DNA of 64,000 bases from Mobula hypostoma. Taxonomy: Eukaryota. Location: positions 178,996,001 to 179,060,000 of the forward strand of contig NC_086097.1 of NCBI RefSeq assembly GCF_963921235.1, in the 5' to 3' direction. Shown here in pieces: positions 12,460 to 24,070 of this stretch (the stretch's first letter is position 1; each line of letters starts with the position of its first letter). Under the pieces are notes generated by a model. It did not search any database. It saw nothing but the letters and a program-made list of their open reading frames with translations, and was not told where the DNA came from. Made by a program: the position numbers and the translations under genes.

Positions 12460-12800
12460 TACGTCTCTACCAGAGGAGGTGTAAGGCACTCCTTCCTTCT
12501 GCTAGGCTGCGGGTCCCCTTCAGCAAGGCAGTACCTGCTTAGCTCTGCCCCCCCCCCCCACCGAATTAGGTCATGTGAAGCCATGGGAGCAGGTGCTAGA
12601 TATCACAAGTCCTGGTTAATGATGCCAGGCAGAAAATATCTGAAGTTTATTGATAATGGCTGGCATCACCCATCTTCTAAAGACACTGCCCAGAAGAAGG
12701 CAATGGCAAACCACTTCTGTAGTAAAATTTTCCAAGAACGATTATGGTCGTGGAAAGACCATGATCACCTATGCCATACAACATGGCACATAACGAACAC
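12460..12800 (+). mobile_element. SINE-like element with RTE/Bov-A-like motif
   Basis: agaagaaggcaatggcaaaccacttctg near 12692-12719; element separates two halves of a LINE tail. Confidence 0.5.
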
Positions 12801-12819
12801 TGAGGTAGTAAAAAGGAAA

Positions 12820-13330
12820 ACGAAGTGCAGATTATAGTGTTACAGATACAGAGAAAGTGCAGTGCGCGTAGACAAATAAGGTGCAAGGGTCGTGGGGAAG
12901 TAGATTGGGAGATCAGGAGTTCATCTTCATTGTACAAGAGGTTCTCGGTTCTCTTGATGGACAGAGGAGTAGAAGCTGCCCTTGGGACTGGTGGAATGTG
13001 CTCTCTGGTTTTTGTATCTTGTGCACAAAGGGAGGATCAAGAGGAGAGAATGACCAGGTGGTTGGGGTCTGTGCTGCTTTACAGGAGCAGCCAGGAACTG
13101 TAGATGGAATCAGTGGTCTCCGTGATGTGCTGAGCTGTGTTCACAACTCTCTGCCATTCCTTGTGGTGACTGGCAGGGCAGTTCCTATACCAATCTGTGA
13201 AGCATCCAAATAGGATGCTTTCAATGATGCATTTTTAAAATTGGTGAGGATCACCGGGGACATGCCGAATTTCCTTAGCCTTCTGAGGAAGTGGAGGGGC
13301 TGGTGTGTTTTCTGGATTGCAGCATCCACA
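12820..13330 (-). mobile_element. Rex1/Babar-type LINE 3' fragment
   Basis: Minus ORF 13141-13380 contains KTHQPLHFLRRLRKFGMSPVILTNF, typical of the Rex1/Babar RT C-terminus. Confidence 0.8.
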
Positions 13331-13664
13331 TTGCTGAGGAACTTAACAGATCTCAACATACAGATCATGAAGGGTTGCACAATGACCTGCGTAGCCCCCT
13401 GGCCATTGGTCTATTAGTACAGCCCACTGCCGGGTGACTCAAGCACTTCAGAACTGCTGGTGGTCATCAGTGAAGTCAGAGGAGAGGGGAAGGCTGCCTG
13501 CTTCAGGAGTTGACCCATTTAACCCTTTGGAAATACTGCTGGGCACCTGCAAGCTGCTGAGATGGAGAAGAGGCCCAGAGTTCAAAGCCTCCAAGTCAAA
13601 CTTGATCCTGACTTGGAGACCTATTGCTGTAGCATCACCATCAATTGGCTAGATCCTGGAAGAG

Positions 13665-13950
13665 TGACTGGGCGAGATGCTGCCGTACAGCTCTAGAGAC
13701 CCAGGATCGATCCTGATCTTTGGTACTGTCTGTGTGGAGCCTGCAAGCTTTCCCTGGCACCTAGTGGTTTCTACCACATCCCAAAGATACGAAGGGCTTT
13801 TGAAAATTGGCCCAAGTGTTGCAGTGAACCTGGGGCAGTGGGTGGGAATCTGGTGAGAATCAAACAGGTTTCATGTAGGATTGGCATAAATGGTCGGTAC
13901 AAACTCAATGGGCCGAAGAGCTTGTTTTGTGTGATATGATTCTATAACTA
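13665..13950 (+). mobile_element. HE1/V-SINE-like SINE
   Basis: cagctctagagacccaggatcgatcctg (B-box-like) followed by tgtgtggag..tgca and ccacatcccaaagat; CR1-like tail gggccgaagagcttgt. Confidence 0.65.
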
Positions 13951-15299
13951 AAACAACATTTACGAAGACACTTGGACAGGTGCATGGATAAGAAGGGCTT
14001 AGAGGGATCTGGGCCAAATGCAAGCAAATGGAACTAGTTTAGGTGGGAACCCTGGGCTGGTCAGCATGGACCAGTTGGTTCGAAAAGTGTTTCCATGCTG
14101 TATGACTGAAAGCACCCTTTTTTCCTTCTGCCTTCGGATTTCGGAATGATCCCTGAGCCCATGAACACTAGTGCATCTTGTGCACTCGTTACTTATCTTG
14201 GTAATTTATGGTAACAGCAAAACAGCAAATTTCAACGACATACGTCTGTGATAATAAACCTGATTCTGATTCCGACTCACCAGAGTGATAGTAGCATTTC
14301 GAGAAGGCAGCTCACCCCTGCCTTCTCAAGAGGCAGTTATTGTATTTAAAGATGCAGTCTGGAAGAGGCCCTCCGGACCCAAAGAGCCGTGTCACCCAGA
14401 AACTGAGCTGTTCAACCCCCGCTGAGTCACAGTCACCAACCAGCATGCCTTTGGAACGTGGGAGCAAACTGGAGCACCTAGAGGAAACCCTCACGTTCAC
14501 GGGGAGGAAATAGAAACTCCTTTCGGGGATGGGTAATAAATGCTGGCGATTCTGAAGTCGATAAAGAAAATGAAAAAGGCCAAAGCTGGAGGGTGAACTG
14601 GAGGAGAGTAGAATGAGGGGGGATAGCGGGATGGAGAAGGTTATGGACATGGAGGACCAAAGCCCATGGAACGGACCGCTTCGAGGATATGGTTGACAAT
14701 GCAATTTCAAAAACACGTTCCACTGAAGCTCGAGCTGAACACGGGCAGGGGTTATTGCATCTGTGAGAATGTTTTTGAAATGGTTGCAGCCTAATCAGTT
14801 CTGCAATTCTGTTTAAAGCATTCTGATTCAAGGGGAATGAGCTGGCACAAGGAGGGGGCATGCATTGTCACAGTGTGTAGTACTTATCAAGCTGGGGGTG
14901 GGAGATACCAGCGCCAGATAATTCATATCATGGGATTGCTAATCCCGCAGAGAATGATATTTACAATCCTCGTAGTGCAGAGAGAGGAGAAAAAAAATGC
15001 TTCAAAGCCTGTTAGACCACAGCTTTGTTCACACCTCAGGGCGAGGAGTTCTGAGCAGAGAACAGCAGCAAGGAAATGAGGCAATTGCAAACACATTGCA
15101 AAACAGGGATTGAATGTCCATCACTTTAGGAGACTTCTTCTTAAAGCCTTCTGAGTCTTTACAGCTTTCTGAGGTGCACTTACAGAGGGCAATTAACAGT
15201 GTTCTGTTGGGTTGGGCCCAGTATGTGCAATGCCCTCTTCTACCTCAAGGGATAGTGAGCTTCCAGTTCAGAGTCTGGGTACATAACCCAGGCTGGTTC

Positions 15300-15900
15300 T
15301 ACCCTGTACAGTACTGAGGGGGTGTCACGCTTTCTGTATGGGTTCTGAGGGGGTGTCACGCTTTGTGTACAGTACTGAGGGGGGTGTCACACTTTCTGTA
15401 CGGTACTGAGGGGGCATCACACTGTGTACAGTACTGAGGGGGTGTCAGGCTTTCTGTACAGTTCTGAGGGGGTGTCACGCTGTGAGACAGGCGGTACTGA
15501 GGGGGGTGTCACGCTTTGTGTACAGTACTGAGTGGACGTCACACTTTCTGTACGGTACTGAGGGGGTGTCATCATACAGGGCACCACACTAAGGGAGCTG
15601 TACACTCTAGGAGGGGCAGTACTGACGGGGAGTCACACTGTGGGAGGGGCAGTACTGAGGGTGTATCCCACTGCGGGAGGGTCGCACTGTGGGAGGGGCA
15701 GTACTGAGGGTGTATCCCACTGCAGGAGGGTCGCACTGTGGGAGGGGCAGTACTGAGGGTGTATCCCACTGCGGGAGGGTCGCACTGTGGGAGGGGCAGT
15801 ACTGAGGGTGTATCCCACTGCGGGAGGGTCGCACTGTAGGAGGGGCAGTACTGAGGGTGTATCCCACTGCGGGAGGGTCGCACTGTGGGAGGGCCAGTAC
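15300..15900. repeat. Second CAGTACTGAGGG-family minisatellite: ~30-bp degenerate units, then 5 near-perfect 49-bp units
   Basis: 49-bp unit agtactgagggtgtatcccactgcgggagggtcgcactgtgggaggggc starts at 15651, 15700, 15749, 15798 and 15847. Confidence 0.95.
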
Positions 15901-17560
15901 AGTGACATCCTCCTCATGGTCACCGACCTGTTGACTTGCAGAGGATGCAAGACTGCCAACAGATCTTGTTGGCCACTTCCTCTGCAAGGATCAACTGTGA
16001 AAAGTGAACAGGCCTCTTGGTGGGTCAGGGGTTGAAGTCCTTTGCGTGGAGCACCGCACAACCCCTTTACTTGGGGGTCTACCTGAGCTCGACAGTGGAA
16101 GCCTGGCTAGAGAACTGGCAGGACTTGGAGGCAAAGATCTCTGTCCGTCTGCAATGCTGGCCTGGCCTCCTTCGTGCAATCTCATTTTGGGGAAGGGCAT
16201 TAGTTATAAATCAGCTGGTCGCTTTAATGATCGGGTACCAACTGATTATGTTAGTCCCACCTTTTATCTCCAGGCCCAGAGGGGCTGGTGAGTTTCTTCT
16301 GGGGCAACAGGAGGCATTGGGTCTCTGCTGCAATCCTGAGTCTTCTGATGGCCGGGGGGTGGGGTGGGTGTCCCTCACTGGTGACTGTGTGCACCCAGCT
16401 AGTAGCTCTCCACCTCAGGACCCTGCTGGCCAGGGACACCTGTACAGTGACCACCCTCCGAGATGGCATGTGTGCTGGTGATACACTCTCTCTGCCGTGG
16501 ACACTGCCTGCAGGAGGGAACACAGTTTACAGTGGACAGCATCAGCCACACCACTTTGAGGGAACTGCTTCGCTTCTGCTGCGAGCTGTTGAGGGTTTGG
16601 GGTCTAGTCACATCCAGACGGGCTGCTCCTGCGGCGGTGGGGGTCGGTGCTCTAGCTGCGAGGGGGACTGGTTCCCCCATCTTATCATGGTGGGTGTTGA
16701 GGGGGCTCGGGGAAGTGGAGAGGTTCCATCTGCACCACCACCTGGTGGGCCGGAAGTGCTCGTGGGACCCAGGCCTTGCGATACCCCGTGGGAGAGGGTC
16801 CTGCACAACGTGATCCGTCTTGTGGAGATGCCCACCGTGCCCATCGGTGACGCTCCAAAGAGTTTCTTGTACGGGCTGCCCTTGCACACCTTTCACTTCC
16901 TTGCCTTCATCTGCCACCCAGACTCACCTTGGTGGTTTCTGTTACCATCTGGCAGCGAAGGAGGTCCCCAGTGGAAGTCCCTTCGTGTAGGTGTCTTTCC
17001 CCTGTACATTGGGGACCTGGGGTGGAAGGTGTTGCATCGGGCAGTACCGGACAACAGGTCTTTAAGCAGGTTCACTGACAACCTGTCCGCATGTCCATTC
17101 TGTGGCCAGGAGGAGTCCGTGTACTGAGCTTACACAGAGTGTGAGACGTTGCGGCCCCTGTTTGAGTTTCTGAAGGGGCTGCTGCTCAGGTTCTGGCTGC
17201 ACCTCAGCCCCGCGATCCTTGTATACGGGCACCCAGAATGGAAGGGGATGGGGAGTGAGGAGGATCTACCGGTGGACCTCCTCCAGGGCCTGGCCAAGAT
17301 GGCCATTCATGGGTCTAAGCGGCGAAAAGTCAAGAGCTCTGCCCAGGCCGACTGCCTGACCCTTTTCTGAGGTTACGTCCGTGCCCGGCTGTTCTTGGAG
17401 AGGGTGCATGCAGTTGCGATGGGTATAGTGGGGGATTTCCAGGGAATTGTCTGTTTTACAGACAGTAGTAATCATATTTTAATTTGTATTTATTCATTGT
17501 CTTCTAAATACTGAATGTTTGTACTTCGTTGTGTATCTATTGCTATGAACAGTTGTGTCA
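15897..17560 (+). mobile_element. 5'-truncated, frameshifted Tx1-clade (L1 group) LINE ORF2
   Basis: Translated remnants: DILLMVTD (after the YADD position), SSARIN.EK..GLLVG, YLGVYL, ISFWGRALVINQLVA, and zf-RVT-like GDLGWKVLH...CPFCGQEESVY..YTEC..LRPLF; followed by an AT-rich 3' UTR. Confidence 0.85.
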
Positions 17561-17814
17561 AAAGAACTGTTCCTGTGCTGTATGGCTCTGTAACTCAATT
17601 TCTTTGACCCACCAGAGATCTCTCTTCAGGTTTGGATCCCACCTAGAATATTTATTCCCAGTTCTGGGAAGTTGCAAGATTAAGTGGTGAATGCCCTCAG
17701 GATTGGATTAGATGGCACAGAAATAGTCCCAACGGGATCTCAGGTAGACAACATAGGGACAGAAATCACAGACTATCAATGAAATAAGACCAGAAGGTAT
17801 AATACTACAAATCT

Positions 17815-17985
17815 AAAATAAAATCACCAAATGCTGGAAACACTCCATAGATCAGGCAGCATCTGTGGAGGGAGAAACAGGATTAATATTCCAGGTCAGC
17901 TAACCAAGGGACACTCACATGGAACATTTCTCTCCCCACAGAAGCTGCCTGATCTTTTGAGATTTCTGAGTAATTTTTGTTTTTA
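17815..17985. mobile_element. Degenerate Penelope-derived fold-back element
   Basis: aatgctggaaacactc..atcaggcagcatctgtggag followed by its approximate reverse complement ccacagaagctgcctgatc; same family as 62515-62727. Confidence 0.55.
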
Positions 17986-18409
17986 TTAATTTTTCTCCCC
18001 CATGCTGGTGCACCAGCACTACAGAGACCCACAACAGACAAACAACCAACTGCATAACTCAGTCCGTGACATCAGAATATAAACAAATCTGGGCCTCAGG
18101 GGTGACATACAATCAGCCTGGAGCATATGTTGTACAAGGTGTTGCTGGGGCCATACTTGGAGTATTATTTGCAGTTTTGATCATTCTGTTATAGGAAGAA
18201 TGCTCGAAAGAGTATAGAGGGATTTATGGGAATGTTGCCAGGACTCAAGGGACTGGGGGGCAACTTCAGTGTCCCATCTTTAAACAGTTTATCACAATTG
18301 CATGAAGTGCAGTTCAATATCTCTGGTGCAGGTGTTAATAGGGAAATCTCAGCCCTGCTTCCTGATGCAGTTTCGTCACCCTGAGCACTGGGTTCCATTG
18401 GCAAAACTA

Positions 18410-18925
18410 CACCCAGTGGCCACTTTAGTAGGAACCTCCTGTACCTAATGAAGTGACCACTGATGGTATGTTCATGGTCTTCTGATACTGTAGCTCATAT
18501 ACTTCAAGGTTCAGTGTGTTGTGTGTTCAGAGATGCTCTTCTGCACACCATTGTTGTAACATGCGGTTTTTTTAAATTGCTGTCACCTTCCTGCCAGCTT
18601 GAACCAGTCTGGCCATTCCTCTCTGGCTTCACCCACAGAACTGCTGCTCACTGAATGTCTTTTTGTTTTTTGTCCTATTTTCTGTAAACTCTAGAAACTG
18701 TTGTGAATGAAAATCCCAGGAGTTTCTGAGATACCCACACCACCCCGCCTGACACCAACAGTCATTCCACGGTCAAAGTCACTTAGATCACATTTGTTCC
18801 CCATTCTAATGTTTGGTCTGAACAACTGAGCCTCTTGACCATATCTGCATAGTTTTGTGCATTGAGTTGCTGCCACGTGGTTGGCTGATTAGATATTTGC
18901 ATTAATGAGTAGGCGTACCTAACCA
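18410..18925 (-). mobile_element. Non-autonomous Tc1-family derivative retaining the transposase N-terminal DNA-binding region
   Basis: TA-cacccagtggccactttagtagg TIR; minus-strand MGNKCDLSDFDRGMTVGVRRGG..ISET and YNNGVQKSISEHTT..TLKYMSY.IRRP; right end eroded. Confidence 0.8.
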
Positions 18926-19558
18926 CAGAGTTTAGTTTAGCAACACTATGACCACTTTGATCACTTTGCACTAAAATAGACTGTCTTTTTTGGTTCTAAC
19001 ATTTTTCTTGTAAAAACTGTACACAATTTATGTTTCTTTTTCTTGTGACTGCAGCTTCGTAGTATTATTTTTGCACAGTTTGTATTCTTTTGCACATCGG
19101 TTGTTTGTCAGTCATTGTCTGTTTGTGTATAGATTTTCATAAAAATCAATGGTATTTCTTTTTTCCTGTAAACGCCTGCAAGAGGCTGAATCTCAAGATA
19201 AGATATGGTAACACATGCGTACTTGGGTAATAAATTTATTTTGAACTTTGAACTATGTGCCTGTGGTGTACTACAAGTAGATTTTGAATTGCACCCATGC
19301 ATACATGTACCTGTGCAGACCAGAATCAACATGACTTTGATTCTGACTGATTAACTCAGCTTATATGGGTGAAAGAGACACCCAAGGCAAAAGCAAACCA
19401 AACAGAGGCAGGAGAGTGCCACTCAGCCCAGTATGCTTGGCTTTTCTATTCAGTTATCATGCCAATTAGTTTATTACTCTGTCATACACCTAAATACAGT
19501 GAAATGGTTTGCCATCCAGACAGAGCATTCCATTCATAAGTATATTGAGTTAGAAAAT

Positions 19559-19866
19559 AATAGGCATCCGTTAGTCTCATGAGACCATGGATTTGCGCCT
19601 TGGAAGGTTTCCAGGGCGCAGGCCTGGGCAAGGTTGTATGGAAGACCAGCATTTGCCCATGCTGCAAGTCTCCCCTCTCCACGACACCAATGTTGTCCAA
19701 GGGAAGGGCATTAGGACCCATACAGCTTGGCACCAGTGTCATCGCAGAGCAATGTGTGGTTAAGTGCCTTGCTCAAGGACACACACGCTGCCTCAGCCAA
19801 GGCTCGAACTAGTGACCTTCAAATCACTAGACGAACACCTTAACCACTTGGCCACGCGCCAACACA
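19559..19866 (-). mobile_element. Young tRNA-headed SINE with CORE-like segment and RTE-type body/tail
   Basis: Exact 12-bp TSD gagttagaaaat (19547-19558, 19867-19878). Minus strand has A box TGGCCAAGTGG, B box GTTCGAGCC and CORE-like gtgtccttgagcaaggcacttaacc. Confidence 0.9.
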
Positions 19867-20657
19867 GAGTTAGAAAATGGAAAACAGAATACAGAATATA
19901 GTGTTACAGTTACAGAGAAAGTGTAGTGCAGGCAGACAAATAAAAGAGCAGGAGTCACAATCAGGTTGACTGAGAGATTGAGAGTTACCTTTAGCATATA
20001 GGAAGTCCATTGAAAAGTCTGATAACAGTGGAGTAGAAGTTGTCCTTGAACTCGGTGGAACGTGTTCTCAACCTTTAGTACAGGAAATGAAAGAGGAGAG
20101 AATGTCTGGGCTGGGAGCAGTCCTTGATTATGTTGACTGTTCTCCCAAGTTTGTGGGAACTGCAGATGGAGTTAATAGAAGGGAGATGGATTTCCATGAT
20201 GTACTGAGCTGTGTGCACAACTCTGCAATTTCTTGCTGTCTTGGGCACAGCATTGGCCTTACCAAGCTGTGAGGCATCCCAATAGGATGCTGTCTATGGT
20301 GAATGAATAGGCCTACCGAGAGCAGCTCACAAAGAATCACCACTCTCTGGCACCATCTGATCCAACACAGCGCCACTTCCCTGCCGCATCCCACCTTCCT
20401 CTGTTGTCTGATATCCAGAAATCTATCTGTCCCTGTAAGGCTGGAGCACACTCCATTTCCATAGCACCTTCTGCAGCTCCTTCTGTCCAATGAAGTACTA
20501 TTTGATGTGTAGTTGTGCAGTAACTCGTTTGTGCACAGTAAGCTCCCAGAAACAACAGTACAATCAGAATCAGGTTTAATATCACTGGTATATGTTGTGA
20601 AATCTGTGGCAGCAGTACAATGCAATACATAATAATATAGAAAAAAGTATGAATTAC

Positions 20658-20706
<49 letters not shown>

Positions 20707-21018
20707 CATAATATAATTGTTAAATTAAGTAAGTAGTGCAAAGAAATGAAATAAAAAGTAATGAGGTAGTATTTTCTCAGGTTCAATGTCCATTTAGGAA
20801 TTGGATGGCAGAGGGGAAGAAGCTGTTCCTGAATCACTGAGTGTGTGCCTTCAGGCTTCTGTACCTCCTACCTGATGGTAACAGTGAGAAAAGGGCATGA
20901 CCTGGGTGATGGGGGATGAATGACAGGTCTTAGTTTCTGGTGTCACTGCTCCTGCACTCTGTGAGAACTTTGAATGTCTTGTACCACATGAAGCATATGA
21001 CTCCCCTGAGGTTTCTTA

Positions 21019-21349
21019 TGAGGGGTGATGGATAAGTTTGTGGCCTAAGGTAGAGGGAGTCAATTTTCGAAAACCTAGCACATTTATTTTTTGACATAGT
21101 TCCCTCCTACATGTACACACTAAGTCCGGCGGTTGTGGAGCATACGGATCCCTTCTTTGTAGAAGTTGGCATCTTGGACCACCAGAAAGTGGTCCACGGC
21201 AGGGGTGATTGATAAGTTTGTGGCCTAAGGTAGAAGGAGATGAGTTACATGCATGTGCAGTTCAACTCTTTGAGTGATTATGCGGAAAGTTTGAAGTTAA
21301 TAACTCATCTCCTTCTGCCTTAGGCCACAAACTTATCAATCACCCCTCG
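21019..21349 (-). mobile_element. Mariner-derived MITE (331 bp, TA TSD) with an extra internal TIR copy
   Basis: TA at 21017-18 and 21350-51; TIR [c/t]gaggggtgattgataagtttgtggcctaagg; minus 21084-21173 reads DANFYKEGIRMLHNRRT*CVHVGGNYVKK*, a mariner transposase C-terminus. Confidence 0.9.
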
Positions 21350-21383
21350 TAATTTAGTTTTTATCCTGCATGGTCTATTCCTG

Positions 21384-21712
21384 GATGGCACGGTGTGGCA
21401 GAGGGTAGTGTTGCTGACTCATAGCTCCAGAAACCCAGATTCGATCCTGACCTCAAGTGCTGTGTGTGTGAGTTTGAATGTTTTTCCGGTGATTACGTGG
21501 GGGGGTCTGTTTTTCTCCCTCCTCCCAAAGATGGAATTGGCTTGTGTAAGTTATCCCTAGTGGAGATGGGAGACAGGTGGATCAGGGGATGTTGATGGAC
21601 ATGTGAGAGAGAGATGTTGCAGGGATAGAGGGAGGAGAAGAAGGGGAATGGGGTAGGGTTGTACTGAGAACCAACACTGACCTGATGGGCTGAATATCCT
21701 CCTTCTGTGTGA
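21384..21712 (+). mobile_element. HE1/V-SINE-like SINE
   Basis: tRNA-like head ggcacggtgtggcagagggtag...gattcgatcctgacc, V-domain-like tgtgtgagtttgaatgtt, CR1-like tail gggctgaatatcctccttctgtg. Confidence 0.75.
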
Positions 21713-22064
21713 ATATAAGCAATTTGGTACCCAAGAAGCATTTGAGTCGTAGCATAACAGAGAGATTATAACCTCCCAAGGTTGGGAATTCTCTCCGTCA
21801 ACCTGTGACCTCCCTCCCTGTTGACAAAATATCCCACATGACTGAGTTCTGGGGCCAGTGTTGTAGCTGGTGATGAGTTTTGACTGGTAGCACTCCTGTG
21901 AAACGTTTTGCTGAGGTGAGGTGGGTGACGGGCAGTTGAAGCCGTTGAGCTATCAGAGGAAGTGGTTGAGGCAGGTACATTGACAAGGTTAAACGACGCT
22001 TGGACAAATAAATGGATAGGACTTGTTTAGAAGATTTGGGGCAAACATGGGCAGATGAATGTGA

Positions 22065-22570
22065 AAGGAGGAACAGAGGATAGAAAAAGGGTGTGAGAAA
22101 GAGAGAAAGTGGAAGAGAGAAAGAGTGAAAATGTGGGAGGCAGGAGGGAAAAGGAGAGAGGGGAGTGAAAAAGGGAGATGGGGAGAGCAAAATTGTGTGT
22201 GAGAGAGGGAGAGAATTGGGGAGAGCATGAAAGAAAGGAGAGACAGAAGGAAGAGAGCGGATGAGAGGGAGAAAGCAAAGGGAGTGGAAGAGGGAGAGAG
22301 CAAGAGAGAGAGAGAGCAAGAGATGGAAAGAGGGAGAGAGAGAGATGGGGAGAAAGGAAGGGAAATAGATGAGGACTGACTGTGAGAGGAAGGGGAGAGA
22401 GAGAGAAATAGAGAGTGTGGAGAGAAAGAAAGGCGAGACAGAAGAGAGTGAATGGGGAGAAAGTGAAAGGGAATGAAAAAGAGAAAGAGTGTACATGAGA
22501 GAGCGATAGAAAGTGAAAGACAGAGGGGAAGAGATGTTGGAAGAGGGTGGGGAAGAGAGAGACAGATAAA
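22065..22570. repeat. Polypurine (GA-rich) low-complexity tract
   Basis: Almost entirely G/A on the + strand. Confidence 0.95.
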
Positions 22571-23359
22571 GGCAACATTATACAGTTTTATAACTCTGCT
22601 ATATTCTGGCATGCTGTGTTGTAATAACAGACTGCAGAGGTTGACATTGCTGGAAAGACATTAATATATGTACTGCTCAGCCTCTGAAGACTTCCTTCAG
22701 AGCTGCCATTTGCCATCACTCGGAAAAGCCTATAGGGGAAGCTGTGATGGTTTTGATGCAACCATCAGACAGAGAATGGGGTAATCAAAGTATCCAATGG
22801 AGGCTGATTGGGAGATGCATCCTGGTTCTCTACTCCTCTCCGAAATATGCTGCATAAACTACAGCACGCAAAAACGGCCCATAAATCACAACGTCACTGA
22901 GCGTGACTGGAGCGGAGTACATTGTGCTCAAGAACAGAGCAAATTGACTGTGAGTGTGGCTTCTGATTCCTGCTAACTGTGGGAGCTCTCTCCTGAGATT
23001 AGGGATCTTTCCTCCAGCACGGAGCCCGCACAACTAATTCCCCCAGAGCTGCTGGGACGGCGATGGCTCTGCAGAACGCAGAAGGGCTCAGCCTGATTGT
23101 GGGGAGGCCATTCTGCCCATCATGCTGTTCTGGCTCCTCTAAAGGATGAGTGCTGTGCCATGGTTGTTTTTGGAACTTACCGATCACTTTGAACATGGCA
23201 CTGGGCTCAGACCAGCAGCTTCGAGGCTTGTCTAGTGAATAACAAGCAAGGCTGCATTGCACATTAATGCCAAGTGTTAATGATCTGCGATAAAAGCAGC
23301 TCTTCATTGAGCAGAGGAGCGAGGTTCAAGTCCACACAAGCACTTGGGACGATGGTCCT

Positions 23360-24070
23360 CTCCAACCTCCCTCCCCCACTCTCTCTCTTACACACACTCT
23401 TATAAACATACTATCTCTGTTCCTCACTGGTTAATATCTCTCTACCTCTCTCTCTCATGCACAAACACACACTGTGTCTTTCTCACTCCTTCATCTTGCT
23501 TGCTCTGTCCCTCCTTCTCTCTCTCTCACACAAACACACACGTGAAATCACACACCTCTCTTTCACCACTTCATAATCTGCCTCTCTCTCTCCGTCTCTC
23601 TCTGTCCCTTTCCCCCTCTCTCTCTCACACACACACACATGCACACACCATCTCTCACTACTTTGTAATCTGCCCCTCTCTCTGTCCCTTTTCCCCTCTT
23701 TCTCTCGCTCACTCTCACACATCATCTCTCTTTCTCACTGCTTTGTAATCTACCTCTGTCCCTTTCTTTCTCTCTCTCACATATACACCATCTCTTTCGC
23801 TACTGCAAAGTGCAATCTCTGTCACTCTCCCCCCCACTCACACAGACACCATCTCTCTTTCTCACCATTTTGTAATCTCCTTCTCTCTCCCTCTCTCTCT
23901 CTCTGTCCCTTTCTCTCTTTCTCTCCCTCTTTTTTGTCCCTTTCTCTCTTTCTGTCTCTCTCTTTTCTCCTTCTCTTTCTCCCTTTCTCACACACACCCA
24001 CACACGTGAAATCTCTCTTTCTCTCCCTCCCTCATCCTCTCTTCCCCTCCTTCTCACACTCTCTCTCCGC
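23360..24070. repeat. Polypyrimidine (CT/CA-rich) low-complexity tract with degenerate internal repeats
   Basis: ctctctct/cacaca blocks with recurring tttgtaatct and tctgtccctt. Confidence 0.95.

Noticed and set aside
19790..19866. tRNA gene (also near 21384 and 39620)
   Set aside because: A/B boxes belong to SINE heads; no complete cloverleaf, and the 19559 copy is TSD-flanked.
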